The position numbers and the translations under genes were made by a program. Of a stretch of DNA of 64,000 bases, positions 50,566 to 64,000 are shown piece after piece. This DNA comes from Tricharina praecox (lineage: Eukaryota), in contig NW_026250421.1 of the NCBI RefSeq assembly GCF_024521635.1, positions 62,001-126,000 on the forward strand, given 5' to 3'. The notes beneath the pieces were generated by a model. It was not told where the DNA came from. It searched no databases and saw only the letters and a program-made list of their open reading frames with translations. Within the stretch, counting starts at the first letter, position 1, and each line of letters begins with the position of its first letter.

Positions 50566-52004
50566 TTATGAGGAGCCGAGTTTCCGTCCGGCTGTCGACA
50601 TTCTTCGTCCGGTCTTCTCGTTGTAGACCATCGGGGGTCGGATCATGATGTCGAGGGGAACGGGCTTCTCGGAACCGGGACCGAGCTCGACACGGCTGTG
50701 CTTGATGAATCCGAAGCGTTGGTACATCGGAACGTTGCGAATATGACTGCTCTCGAGGTAGCAAGGAGCTCCACCCTCGGCGTCGATCTATTGCAGAGTG
50801 TTAGTATTTTTTCTTTTCTCTTTTTAATGGCGATGCCTGCGAGTAGGCAGGGGTAGGGGGAAACAAATGCTGGTTACGGTACCTTATTCGTCACGTGCTC
50901 GACGAGCTTTCTAGCGTATCCTCGACCCCTGGCGGAAGGTGTAACACCAATGTAGACAAGGTACCTGCGCAGAATTTTCGTTAGAATCTTCTCTTGCAGG
51001 AGATGAAAAAGCCACATCCAGTCACAAGAGTCATGGCGACAATAATGTGAGATGATGGGAGAAGGGGCGGAGGGAAACCAACCAGGCATCGTTATCTGCT
51101 TCACCCAATGCGTTGACCCTGGAAACAAAAAAGACACAATGTCAGCCAACGGAACTTGTCATGTTGTGCAACCACCACGCCTCGCGTCCGGAGATCCGGC
51201 CGCAACGGTAGAGTAATTATTTTTGGCACGGCATGAATCATGACGGCTATCGAAGGGAATGAAGGGAATGAAGGGGGGGGGGGAGCACAGTGGGTAGTGG
51301 TGGGTAGCGGTGGATAAACTGGAGGTAGGGCTGCTACTTACTTGGTCTGATGCAACACTTCCATGAACTCGCCGAAGTACCGCTTCTTGCCTTCGGCGGT
51401 CAATTTGAACCACAGCCTCCACATGCCGGTGCGAGCGATCGTGAACCAATCATCCATATTTTTTCCGGGAGGCATCCTGCATTCATCACAAGAGAGAGTT
51501 AGTCACAAGGATTCGATCTCAGCTGGTTCCGCTCGCTCGCGCAATCAATCAATCTATCTCTTTCCCAACTCTTACCGGGATACGACCTCAACCGGTAGAA
51601 GAAGAGGCAGAAAGCGGCAGAGAGGGTTGGAGATAGAGAGTGCGCGCGAGCGAGATGAATGGATAGTGGCCGGTAGGGCAAGCAACAACGTACCACAAAG
51701 CAACGCCCTCGTGATTCTCGCCAATGCTCAGTACCAAGCCATTGTGGATATGCGCGCAAACGATGTACTCCAGGATCTCCAAATGCAAGGGCCACAGCTG
51801 TTCCCGGGTCTTGCCGCCGTTATCTGGTACGTCGAGAAAGTAGAAGGCGACGTCGTCATCGTAGAAAGCTTCGGCGAGTGATCGGGCACACGCTTTGTAG
51901 TCCTCCATGCCGCATACTCGGACTTTGTCGCTGTGATGCGAGAGTTTTTCCGAGAAGATTGTTGTCGTCCAGGAGATGGCGCTTGTCCGCGTCATGGTAG
52001 CCAT
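50566..52004 (-). CDS. GNAT-family N-acetyltransferase (5 exons)
   Basis: SLAEAFYDDDV, EGVALW|MPPG, W|YLVYIGVTPSARGRGYARKL (acetyl-CoA motif A), PCYLESS..NVPMYQRFGF; stop at 50566. Confidence 0.9.
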
Positions 52005-55000
52005 GTGGGAGGTTGGAAAGGTTGAAGGGGTGGATTGAGTGGTTGAGTAGGATCGAGAGGGAGAGTGTATATTATATGTATACTGATATATATAAGTTTA
52101 CTTGGGTACTCAGGTGTGTATAAGTATTGATGGAGCTTCAAGTGAGGAGGAGCTAGCCTATGGTAGCGGGCAGCAAGGTAGAGGTGGAGGGGGTGGGGAG
52201 GGAGATGTTTTTGGGGAGGGAGGGGAAGCTTTGTGAGTATGAGGGAGAGGCAGAAACAAGGAGGAGGAGGAAGCTCCTCTATTTAATAAGTAAGTGGGAG
52301 TTTTGTTTTTTGGGGGCCGTCGGAGAGAAGGCTAGCGTGTGCAGGAGTGCAGGAGTGCAGGAGAAGTGCGTGTAGGGGTAGTTTTGGGGGGGAGGGGGGT
52401 GTGGTGGGATATGGGATGTGGTGGATGTGGTGGGTGGTATGGAACCAGTGCTTGGGGAAGCTAGCGAGCATGGGGGGAGGGGCAGGGGAGGTGGAGGAGG
52501 GACGGGGATGGTGGGAGTGAGTCGGGAAGGGAGCAACGTCGGGGGGTATTCAATAAAGCAATAGGGTGGAACGTCGGGGGGTGTTGTTGAATGAACAAAG
52601 CGAGAGAGCGGCGAGACATGACTAGAGGCGTGCTGGGGTACGGTAGCACACTTTCTCAGTCCTAGGTTCGAGCACACTCTCGCTCACCAACAACGAGCCT
52701 GAGGGCCGCCCGGCCAGCCAGCCAGAAGCCGCGGCCAGAAAGGTAGGGACGCCGAAGTGGAGGCCGGGCAACGGGGGAGGGGTGGTGGAGGGGGCTTGGT
52801 GGATGATGGATGAGTGGATGGGTGGATGAGAAGGTTGTCGTTGCTTGCTTGCTGGTCGCTTACTCCGTGCGCGTAGTGCGTGCTGCGTAGATGTGCGTGG
52901 TTGAGATCAATCGGTGCTCAGTGGCCGTGGCCGGACCCGCCGGAAAAGCAGAAAGAAAGAAAAGAAAGCGAAAGAGAGAGAAAAAAAAGCACAACCAACG
53001 GGCCTGGTCCGGCGCATTGGTTGCTGGAGCAGAGCATAGTTGCCGCACGGGAAGACACGGCTAGCAGTAGGAGTGGAGGGAGGGAGGGAACCGACCGCGC
53101 GCGCAATCGGTTACATACGAGGAACAACCTCCCCCCACCCACCCCATCAAAGCGACGGGAAAAGAAAGAAGTCGCACAATTCCTCACGATTGCAAAAGGC
53201 TCCCTCGACGACGACGACGACCGACCGGCCGCGGTGATTCGTCGCTCGGATTCCGGACGCTCAATCACTGGTCCACCGCCGCCGCCGCCGCCGACGACGA
53301 CGCCGACGCTGCTGCTGCCCTGCGCTGCCCTGCGCTGTGAGTACGACGCGCTAGCAAGCTACCCAACTCTTTGATACTCTACTCTGCTTTACTACTCTAG
53401 CAGGCCAGTCGTGGCCTGGCAGACAAGCAAGCAAGCAGGCTGGCAGGCTGGCAGGCATGAAGCATCGATCAAGAAAAAACCCGCCCACTCACCCTCGTAC
53501 TCCATACAGCAATAACACTGCTCTACCACCTAGTACTCTAGCAACCAACCCTCCGCGCGCCGCCGCCGCCGGCGGTCTCGGACCTCTCCAGGCAGACGGA
53601 AAGCATGGCTAGGCGTACAGATCGATCCTAGAGTCATGTATGTAGATTACCCTTGAGCTACCTACCGTACTACCACTCTAGTATGGGCACTATACTACTA
53701 CGGCGGCCCAACAGCTCGGGGCGGCGTCAGATTCAGATTCGATATGTGAGTTATGCCACTAACTACTAATGCTTAGCTCAAAGCCACAATCTCAGTTACA
53801 TGGGATGTGGTGAAGGTGGTGGTGATGGGCGTAAGTGTGGTGAAGGTGGTCGTGGTGGTGGTGGTCGTCGTTAGTTGGATAGTTGGGTACACATTTATTC
53901 ACTCTAGTTGGTTGGTGGTTGCAACTAGTGGTGGGTGGTGGTGTGGTTGATAGCTGTGGGCGCCTGAGGATGTCGGTTTGGTGATGGTGATCATGATGAG
54001 GATGGATGGGTGGTCAAAGGTATCGAGAAGTATCTACGGACATGCCTCTCGGGCACCAATCGATTCCTCACCCAGCAAACGAATGCCTAATGACGCAGGT
54101 TACGCACGTCGCAGCCAGTCAATCCCGATGACCACCGCAGAGGAAAGAAAGAAAAGAAAAGAAAGTAGCCATCGGTCACACGACAAGACGAGTTCGTATC
54201 CATCTCAGGGCGGCGCAGTATCTTTGTAGCTATCAGTGCACGCCGGAGCTATGTTATAGTACGGTATGCATGGTAGAGAGTGCATTGGAGCTCGTGGAGG
54301 AGCTCTCAGCTCTCAGCTCTCAGCTCTGTCCACCCACCAATCCATCCACTGGGTCAATCGGTTCGCCATACGTCGCGTCACACACCGAATGGGAAGCCAC
54401 CCATGGCCCTATAACGCGCGCTGCCTTGCTTTCCCGCCGGGATCGGCCCTGGAGGGGATGAAGGGATGAAGGGGGGGTGAGGGCCCGAGGGACCGAAGCG
54501 CGAGGATGCTAGCGACGGAGGTGTTGTCGATAGGAGAAACGTTGGGATATAGGAAACAAGGAGCGCAAACTAACTAGGGAGGTAAGTAAGTTCTGTAGGT
54601 AAAGTAGGCAATCCAACTGGAGTTAGGGATGCGTTGCTGTTGTGCGTAAGTACTCAGGCAGGTACGGGACTCGCGTTCTTCTCCTGGACCCCCAAACTCG
54701 TAACCCAACCGCCAAGGGGATGGGAGGGGGTGGGTGGGTTCCCGTTCATCGGAGTCGGCGCTCGTTGGTGCAGCACAAGGATCGTTTCAGCCATGCCAAA
54801 CCAGGCGGGAGCAATCATCACTTTTGCCTTCTGCTTCTCCTTGCCTGCCTGCCTGCTTTCTTGCCATCGCTCGAGCCTCTTGACCCCTACTTCCGGGACC
54901 TCGATTAGCCAACAGAAACAGCCCCGATCGCGGCGAAAAAGGGCTGACACTCCACAGTGGAGCGGTACCCACCGTACGGTACACCCGTGAGTGTGCGTGT

Positions 55001-58000
55001 GCGTGTGGTAACTACCGGGGGACCATCATTGCTATTCTAGAGTCTAGAGTCTGGAGTCTAGAGTCCATCGTGGTTATACTCTCCGAGCATGAGAATAGCA
55101 ACGGATACGGTGTGATTATTGATACACAGGGTCCCAGCCGCGTCCCGACGGGCAGACATCCGTATGGTCTCGGTGGAACATTAGCGGAGCCACCACAGTG
55201 TCGGAGGTCGGTGCCCGTCCCACAAGGCCGGCGTGCGGGCGAGGTTGGCGGAGCGGCGGAGCGGCGTGACGATCGGCCGTCATTGTCACCAACAGCGTCA
55301 TCCACTCGCACATCATCTCATACGTGCGTCCCTGACCGCACATCGGCAGAGAAGGCGGCTGTTTGGCTGGTTGGTTACCTGGTTGGCTGTCTGACTGGTT
55401 GGTTGTCTGACTGGTTGGTTGTTTGGCTGTTTGGTTGTTTGGCTGTCCGCCCTTCTGGCTGATCACCACCCCCCCTTCGTTTCTGCTTCTTGTTCTTCCG
55501 GTTCGCTTGGAACGAGGGAGGGCGCGTTCCGTCGTTCCAGTCGACTTCCCGACTAGCCGCCTGTTAGTTTCTGCCCACTTTCTGACTCCCTCCCTCCCTC
55601 CCTCCCTTCCCACTCCACCACTCCACCAGCTCCACCGGCGGTTTCCCATTGCTGCCCTGGCTCTGACCGACTAGAGCAGAGTGGTTAGAGCTGTGGCTGG
55701 CTGAAAGTGCCGTGCTTTGGGCACCCGGTGCTTCGGACACAATCCCTGCCTGCTCAGCCAGAGCTGCCACAACTGTGGGAACCACAGAATCGCAGGTTAG
55801 TTAGTTACTAGTACTAGCACCTGTTAGTTAGTGATACTCATACATGACCAACGGCCGCCACGCTAATCGGTGCCCTAAACTCTCGCCAACAAGCCCGAAA
55901 CGGGCCCAATCAACTTCCCATCGACACGGTTGTGTTGGAGGAGAGCCCCATCCCCGGTCGACTCGGTCTGGCTTGCGGAGATTGCTGTTTATCATATCGC
56001 TTTGCCATCTAGCCAGAACGGGGTGGGGTGGGATGGGGGTGGGAGTGGGATGTCTGGGGTCAGTCGCCATCCATCTCCTATCTTGCCCCCCAGGGGAACA
56101 AAAAAAAGAAAGGACGAAAGAAAAGACGGGATGGAAGAAGCACTGGAGCAAAGCGAGCAAAACGGGGCAGAAAATAGAAAGAGCGGGATAAAGGAAACCC
56201 CACAGGTTTAAAAAAAGAAAAAGAAAAAGAAAGAAAGGAAAACCAGGCGTGGGATTGATATTCTCTGCACCAGCTGTCACTGAGCTGGCACAAAGAAAAT
56301 AGCAGGAAAGAAAAAAAGAAAAGCGAAAAAGGCAAAAAGGCAAAAAGAAAAAAGGAAAAAGGGAGTAATGTTCCGTTGATACGGTAGATAAGACGTACAT
56401 TTTTACATTCCCGAACACGGCGGGCGGGCTGTGGGCGGGCTGTTGACGGGGTGGGGGTGAATGTATGCGTTGTGTGAGTGTGTGTGAGTGTGTGTGATAC
56501 GGGACGGCAACATGGCACAAGGCCCGCAGCCTTACACCTAACAGACGCAAGTTCCCGAGAAAAGGGCGCGAGGCGGCAAGCCGTTGGGGCCCCGGGACCC
56601 CCGGGAGTGTGTGACAGTGTGTGTTCCTCGGCGAATGTTCCGTGCAGCCAGCCGCAACCAGCCTCCTGCACCTTACTTACCCAGCCACAACCCAGGCAGC
56701 ACGCATACGAGCGGAAGGGCGACAGCAACCCAACACTCCAACATCCAACATCCAACACCCCAACACCAATACACCAACACATAATACACCAATACACCAA
56801 TACACCAATACATACTACACCAATACAGTACACCCAAACCAGGCGGAGGTATCCATGATGGACGGCCGCCGTCGCTGTCACCGTCGCACTCGCACTCGGA
56901 CGTGGCCGGTCAACAGTTAACAGTGAACATGGAATCGAGGCGCAATCACCGCTCCAACGCTGCACGGCAGGTCAGTCATTCGGTCAGTCATTCGGTCAGC
57001 CATTCGGTCAGAATCGAGTACATACATACATGCATACACACCTAGTTGGACGTCTGAGTGGATGGGTGGATGATTGGGCGAGTGATTCATCATCGGCATG
57101 AACAGGCATCTCTGTGCCTCGGAAGGCTCCAATCGGGTTGATTGTTGAACAGCAGTCAGGGCGGCTATGCGTCAGGGTATGGACCGGGAACTCGAGAGTC
57201 GAGTTTCGACGGCTCGGACGAAGCCTTGGCCCCCGTCCCCGCCCTCTCCCTCGAATATCCAATTATTATTCAACACGGTGGCTGTTGCGCCGCAGCAGTC
57301 GACGTCGTGCAACTCTCGACATGTGCAGGCAGGCCAACTCGGAACGGAAGCTGTCACGATCGATCAGCATTGCCGCACAACCACCAGCACCACCGCCGCC
57401 CGCCGCGGGCCTGCCAACATCAGCCAGCTACTACTACTACTAACCAAGCGCTACATAACTAACTACTCTATAGTAGTCAGCCAGCTAGTCAGCCAGCCAG
57501 TCAGCCAGCCAGCCAGTCGAGGCCTTGCTCGGACGTGCCGTCCCATGTTGCCCATCATGTCGCGTCGCTTTGTCGGACGGCGGAAGTACACAAGTACATG
57601 TGTACATACATGACATGTGCACTGCACTGCACTGCACTCTGCGTGCCGGTATCCCAAGCACACGAGCGATATCTGCTGCAAGACTGCAACCGGCCGCCAA
57701 CCAGCGCCGCTAAATATGGATACGGATCAGCGCTGGGAAAGCCAGCTCTTGCCGTCAGACTCGGGAGCGTGGTGATGATGATGATGAAGCTGATGACTTT
57801 CGGGTCCCACTCGAGGGTGGCATGTGGATGGAGCGACCATTCTAAAGTACATGTATCTACTTGGTTACGTGCCCAAATAACCATGTACTCTCATGTACTT
57901 GGTTATATATACAAGTAACCACGTACTCACATGTACCCACCTACTTAATGTAGGTACAAAGTACCCAAGCACTCCGACTCGGGTAGGCGATAGATTGCGA

Positions 58001-61000
58001 GCCGGATCATCCAGCTCCACTGTCCAGATTCCACAATCCAGATATGCCTCCCCCAGCCCTTGCCTCTAGAGTACTCCACCTTGCGCCTGCATCGACCCTC
58101 GCCCACACACAGGCACACCTTCCGTTCGTTCGTCTGTCTGTCTCTTCTAGCCTGGCTTCCAGAAGCAAGCCCCGCAAAAATAACCCGCCTACATCGAGTA
58201 CTCAATTATTACTCGCACCATTGCTCTCAACAGGTTGCATATGACATGTCGAATTGTCAAAAAAAATATCGAGTATACACATGTCACACGAGCCGCACAA
58301 ACAGATCGGCGAGCCATTGAGAATTTGGGATGCCGTTGTGTTTCACGCCTTCGCTCCTCCGTCGTCATAGGTGCTCAATCCCGGCCTGCCGCCCTCGCGC
58401 CGGAACATTTCAAGGGTCATACCGATGTACATGTCGATCGCGACATCCGAAACGACACTGCCCTTCTCCCACCCCCTCGCTCCGGAGAAGCACCTCATGC
58501 GGAACATTTCGTCGCCTTCCTTTCTTCCCGTGGCCATCCCCCCTTCCCCCATCTCCGGTCCCTCACATCACATCACTTCACACATCACTCATCACACATC
58601 ACACATCACACATCACACATCACTCATGCACACACGTAGTTACCGCGCTCCGAACCATCACTTTCGACGCGCGCACATGGGCAGGCAGGCATCTCTTTCG
58701 CCTTCGCATCCAATTCGAGATCCCCACGAGTCACGACGTTCATCAGCAGGCACAGGCACAGGCCCAGCAGGAATGCATCCTCTGCTTGCTGTTTTTTCTT
58801 CTTCTTCTCTTCTTCTACTTTCTGCTGCGATTGAGGATCATGCGTTAGAGTGCATTGCAGGAGCGGCGGCGGCGGCCAGGCAAGGCACATATGTTGGGTT
58901 GTGGGTATGTACGGTAGGTACTCTATGTACCTCCATGTACTCTATCTGCTCAAAGTCCTCATGGTACTCCCCTCATCGTCATCATAGTTCAATGCCAGCC
59001 AGTCCTGGTCAGCTGCAGCCCTCCTGCACATGCCCCGGGACGAACTGGAGAGGAAGGAGAAGGAGAAGAAGAAGATGCCGAAGAAGCAGAAGAAGAAAGC
59101 AAGAAAAGAAGAAGAGCGAAGCTTCATTCCTTCCTTCGTTCCTCCCTTCGTTCCTCCCTTCGTTCCTCCTTCCCCCGTTCCCCCTTCCTACTCGACCGTT
59201 GCGACGCTGGACACCCTTACCCTTGCAAGCCCCGCCATGCTCGAGGTACTCTACATATCCACCTATGTACAGCAGCAGCAGAGAACTGGACGTCGCGATT
59301 GATCTTGGTATCTAGAGTGCATTTCGCTGGGTACATACATGCATGGCTCCGGCAGCAATGGTCGTCGATGCAGCAATACATAGCAGTAACTAGGAGCTCC
59401 AGCAGCAGCAGAAGCAACAGCTCGCAGTAGTCGTGCCGATAGGAGGAAGGTCTTACCGCGGTCGCCGCGGCTGCCAATTCGTACATACGTTCGTCCGTTC
59501 GTTCGTCATCCACCATGCGCGGCAGGCAGGCACCATCCACACACACAGAGAACAGCAGCAGCAGCACACAGTCAATCAATCGTCGGATGGAATGATTGAT
59601 CGGTGGCGTTGGATGCGAGAAACCCTCATGGCCATCAATCCATCCATCCATCCATCCATCCATCCATCGCATCGCAAACCGGTATCATACTATCATATCG
59701 TATGTACGGTACATGGCACACGCATACGCTCATCCAGGTCGTTCGCGCGCTCGCTCTCGAGCCCCGTCGAACCATCTGGCTGTCTGTCTGTCCGCCCGTC
59801 AGTCAGTCAAGTCCGTCCGTCTCTGTGGCGGTCTGTCGTGTAGCGCATGGTGGCTTCTTCACTCAACCCCAGTCGAGTACAGAAGCACATATGTACGGTA
59901 CATGATGTACGGTATGCGTTCGATCGGCCGTTCCGTTCCAGGTAAACGTTTGCAGCGGACGTCGGACATATGTGCCTACATGTGGGATGAGGCGTCTGTA
60001 GAGTATGTATACTCCGGGAGTGAGGTGGGGTGCTCACTGCTCGATGCAGGCGAATGCTCCGTCAGCGCGCCTGGGGGGAGGGGGGGGGGGGGCGCCGACT
60101 GTCTCTGTCTCGTTTCAGGGTTGCATACACTTTCGGCGTTTCTTCTTTACTTTGACGCCCGGCGTGTTTATAGTGTTTCCTTCCCTTCTAGAAGACTGCC
60201 GTTTCTCGCCACTTGCCGCACCCCATACATAGAGTACTAGGTTGGTGGAGTACTCTACTTTGTTAGAGTACCGTAAGTCGCTTCCAGCGCGGAAATTACT
60301 TTGTTTTTTCTTCAGATCGCTGCGCCGAGGATCTTTTCTTGTTTTGTTTTTCTTTTTGTTGTTTTGTTTTTTCTCGGGACCCCCCGACCCCGACCCCGCC
60401 TGCGCGCGACCGTCCTCGACTCGAACTTCTCCACCGCATCGACTCGACTCGAACATTTTTCCCCACGGGACCACCACCGCATCGACTCGACGAGCACGAG
60501 GGGAGCACGAGCACGCACGCACGTATTCATCGGACGAGCACCAGCACCAGCTCACACTTAAAAAAGAAATAAAAGAAAATAAACTTCCACCCAAAGAGGC
60601 GATGTCATCACCCAAGGTAGCAAGAAACCCACGGAAAAAAAGAAATATACAACTGCACGCGCCATCCGTAACGGAATGCCGATGAGTGTTCGGGAAACCC
60701 CAATCCCCAAAGCCCCAATACCCCAGTCCGTTCCAGAACGAAATCCTTCCTCCAGCGCCCCAGCGCGTTCTCCCCCCCTCCAAAAGCCAATACATCCAGA
60801 TCCAACCCCACCGACCGTCCGACCGACCGAGAGCGCCGTGCATGAACATACATACATAAACATGCTTGAATGCATTGCATGAAGGCTTGCTGCAACTAAT
60901 GCCGAACCACGTCTACGTATCGTAGGGTAGGTAGAGTACGGTGCCCTCACTGCAACTGCAACGCAACAGCAACAGCTCCCCTCCTGCAGCCTCATGGCAT

Positions 61001-61075
61001 TGGCCTTCCGTTTCGCTTCTGGAAGCCCAGCGCGCGATAACTGGATTCTGGAATACTGGAATACATACACACGGT

Positions 61076-61115
61076 GATGTGATGTGATGTGATGTGATGT
61101 GATGTGATGTGATGT
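61076..61115. repeat. (GATGT)8 microsatellite
   Basis: Read directly; the complementary (CACAT)n run occurs at ~58564-58623. Confidence 0.9.
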
Positions 61116-61282
61116 ATGTCTCTCTGTATGTAGGTGAAGAGTGGAGAGCGGAGAGCGGAGAGTGGGGAGTGGAGAGTGGAGAGCGGAGTATGCATACATA
61201 CACACCTATACATATACTTATAAGTTATGCTTGCTGTGGTATACATATACACACTGTGGTATACATACATATACACGCATTC

Positions 61283-61346
61283 CGCCATGGCCCGCCGTAT
61301 GGTCCGCATGGTCCGTATGGCCCGCATGGTCCGTATGGCCCGTATG
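61283..61346. repeat. 9-bp minisatellite (CCGYATGGY)n
   Basis: ccgtatggt ccgcatggt ccgtatggc ccgcatggt ccgtatggc ccgtatg. Confidence 0.85.
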
Positions 61347-61853
61347 TACATATCATACATCTCCCACTCCGTCTCAGGATTCGATTTCAATCTGATTCGG
61401 TCCGGTCCGGAGCGGGCGGGGCGGGAGAGGGGCTGGGACTGGGGGGTAGGTACCGTATCTGATAGCGGGGGAGGCGGAGGCGGGGGAGGGGCAGGATGCT
61501 TGAGTCAGACTATGCGTGATACGGGAGCGACTCGCTGGCAATGGACATTGGATTCTCACTCGTGCATGCTCGTCGCTCGCATTATCGTCGTACATACATA
61601 CGGTAGAGTGCCAGAGTACTCCAGGCTCCAGGCTCCAGGCTCCAGCAAGTGTCCACTGCCCTCTGCCCATCGCCCACTGCCCACCGCCCACTGCCCACCG
61701 CCCACCGCCCAGAAAGTCAAACTACTCCGGCTAGCGCTGCACAGCAGCAGCAGCAGCAGTAGCATCAGTAGCAGCAGCAGCATCAGTAGCAGCAGTGGCT
61801 GCTATCGTGGCGCGCCGAGTGGCCCGGTACTTACACGCATGTATGTCTTTCTT

Positions 61854-61886
<33 letters not shown>

Positions 61887-62545
61887 GGGGGGGGGGGGGG
61901 GGGGGCGGGAGAGATATCTCCCCTCCCTCCGTATGTATGATATCTTCCCACCGCATGATACCTCCCCTCCCTCCATTGCTCCATTGCTCCTCTCGCTTGT
62001 CCGGTCCCGTCAGGCCAGCCCTGCTCGGCTCAGCCCAGCTTGTCCTCAATCCGTTCCGACACTTTTTTTTTTCCCCTTCTTTTTTTCCTTCGCTGTGGAG
62101 CGGAGGAGGGAGGGGTGTGGAGGGGAAGAGTGGAGGGGATACAGTACGGTATGCGCGAGGGAGGGATCTAGACAGCTGTTGTCTTCTTCGATTTTTTTTT
62201 GATTTTTTTTTGGTGGGCCATCTCGTTGTGGGCATCGAGAAAGAGCAGGCTGCGTATGTACTGCGTGCTGCAGTGCTGCAGGTTGCACTCTACGGTACCT
62301 AGGGTGGAGCAGAGTACTATCTGTAGAGTAGGGACCTTCGATGAAGTGCGTTCAATGTACTCTACATCTACATTCTTGTTACCTACACATACATCCACAC
62401 ACACACATGCACACACACATACATGAACGAAGGGATTGACTGACTGGGAGAAGTCCGCAAAGTAAGTACGGTACACTAACTACGGTACTCTACGACACAA
62501 CACGACGACGTCGGCGTCCCATTGGCGGCTAACGACCGGGTTAGC

Positions 62546-62600
62546 CCACTAGCCCTCTAGCCCACTAGCCCACTAGCCCACTAGCCCACTAGCCCACTAA
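62546..62600. repeat. (CCCACTAG)n octamer tandem repeat
   Basis: Read directly; about 6 imperfect copies. Confidence 0.85.
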
Positions 62601-63870
62601 CTAGCCAGAGACATACATCATCAGCATCAGCATCAGCAGCAGCAGCAGCATCAGCATCATCACCACCGACGACACCGACGACACCGACGACGACGACGAA
62701 GAAGAACCCGCACGCACGCATGGTAAGTTGTAACCAACCCCCCCTCCAGGACTCGGAATGCGGGGAGCCGTAGTTAGCACCGGTAGCTACATACATACAT
62801 ACAGCGCCTGAAGACTTACTTAGGCACATACATACATGGTTGGGTGGTTAGCGGAGACTCATTCACTCACTCACTTCCTCACCGCTCGCGCTCACCTCCC
62901 CTCCTGCCCTCCCCATCCAACGCCCAAAGCCTGGCAGGCTCCCCCGATCGTATGTACCACTGCAAAGCCGCCAGCTATCGACGCTGGCGATCCCGATACT
63001 GGGTTGGCCTAGGTAGCTACCTAGCTGTCTACCTAGCTGTCTAGCCAGAGGAGCGCGATAATCCCGTATCTCTCCGGATCCGCTCCCGTCTTACTGTACA
63101 GTACAGTACATGCACAGGTGGGACCGAACGACCGACCGACGGGGTGGATGGGTGGGTGGGAGTGGAATGGAATGAATGGAAGGAACAGTATCAATTGTCT
63201 GGACGGACATATCACAGCTGGGACTACATAGAACTAGGACGAGGACTAGAACTAGAACTAGAACCGTGATCGCCTGCCACCCTCCCCGACACCCCCGACC
63301 CCCCGACCCCCCGTCACCCCCGGTAGCCACGGCCAGCAACCGCCAGCGAACAGACAGCAGATCGCAGCAGCAGCAGCAGTAGCAGTAGCAGCAGCAGCAG
63401 GCGCAGGGCAGGGCAGGCTGTGCTAGCTTCCCTCGTCTTCCCTCGTCCCTCCTCCCACCTGCTACCGCAACCTGCCTGCCAACCTGCCAACCTGCCACCT
63501 GCCACCTGCTATAGGCCACCGCAAACCTGCCTGCCTACCTGGCTGCCGCCGCCTGCCACAACAACCTGCTACCTACTACCTGCTTCCTGCTTCCCGGCCC
63601 TAGGGCAGTTAGTTAGTTAGCACCTCACCTATGCAAGCAGCAAGCAGTAGTGAACAAGTGTCCACGTTCGCGCCCCCCTCCCCCCCCCCCCGGAAAGACT
63701 GCTGCCACGCAGCGTGCGGATCATGCCCGCCATCAAGGCGTGGCACCTTGCTTGACTTCAGCTGCATTTGCCTCCCGGACTCCTAGACCAGGTTCCCAGG
63801 CTCACGGAGAGCTCTGAGCTGGCTGGATGGCTGGCTGGCTGGATGGGAGGGGCAACTGCCTGGGCTGGTT

Positions 63871-64000
63871 GTGGTTTGTGGTTTGTGGTTTGTGGTTTGT
63901 GGTTTGTGGTTTGTGGTTTGTGGTTTGTGGTTTGTGGTTTGTGGTTTGTGGTTTGTGGTTTGTGGTTTGTGGTTATGGTTTGTGGTTTGTGGTTTGTGGT
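63871..64000 (+). repeat. (GTGGTTT)~18 heptamer array running off the window end
   Basis: Near-perfect array with one variant unit at ~63969-63981. Confidence 0.97.

Larger units (their letters stand above)
52100..64000. other. Gene-free, microsatellite-rich low-complexity domain
   Basis: Dozens of short tandem runs (CCAT, CAG, CACAT, GAC, purine and pyrimidine tracts). ORFs here translate to low-complexity peptides with no recognisable motifs. Confidence 0.7.

Noticed and set aside
52100..63800. Numerous 60-314 aa ORFs, e.g. 58371-59315, 56078-56965, 59030-59302
   Set aside because: They are translations of microsatellites and purine/pyrimidine tracts with no family motifs.

Overview
Eukaryotic, intron-rich genomic DNA from a filamentous ascomycete. 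Introns are mostly 50-60 nt GT-AG with CTRAY branch points; a Pezizomycete is my impression only. Positions 1-48.7 kb are gene-dense housekeeping sequence: a 5'-truncated RGG-tailed protein, RPB11, a GT2-like membrane protein, RPN1, a Bud21/Utp16-like protein, a saccharopine-dehydrogenase-like oxidoreductase, D-amino-acid oxidase, a pinin-like protein, epoxide hydrolase, GID8, URK1, NDUFS4, ATP17, TSC1, RFA2, REX4, a ZIP transporter, NUC1, a SYO1-like protein and MLH1. A GNAT acetyltransferase (50.6-52.0 kb) follows, then ~12 kb of gene-free, microsatellite-saturated DNA ending in (GTGGTTT)n. Signals the ORF track misses: two intronic box C/D snoRNAs in GID8; a ~720-nt rod-like fold-back (candidate long structured ncRNA) in the 2.2-kb gap between convergent NUC1 and SYO1; a duplicated ~190-bp MITE-like element with 17-nt inverted repeats; a 3-nt micro-exon in ATP17; two GC-AG introns; and an MLH1 ending FERSC instead of FERC. 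Gene models were spliced by eye. Family assignments and rRNA target positions come from recalled motifs, not database searches.
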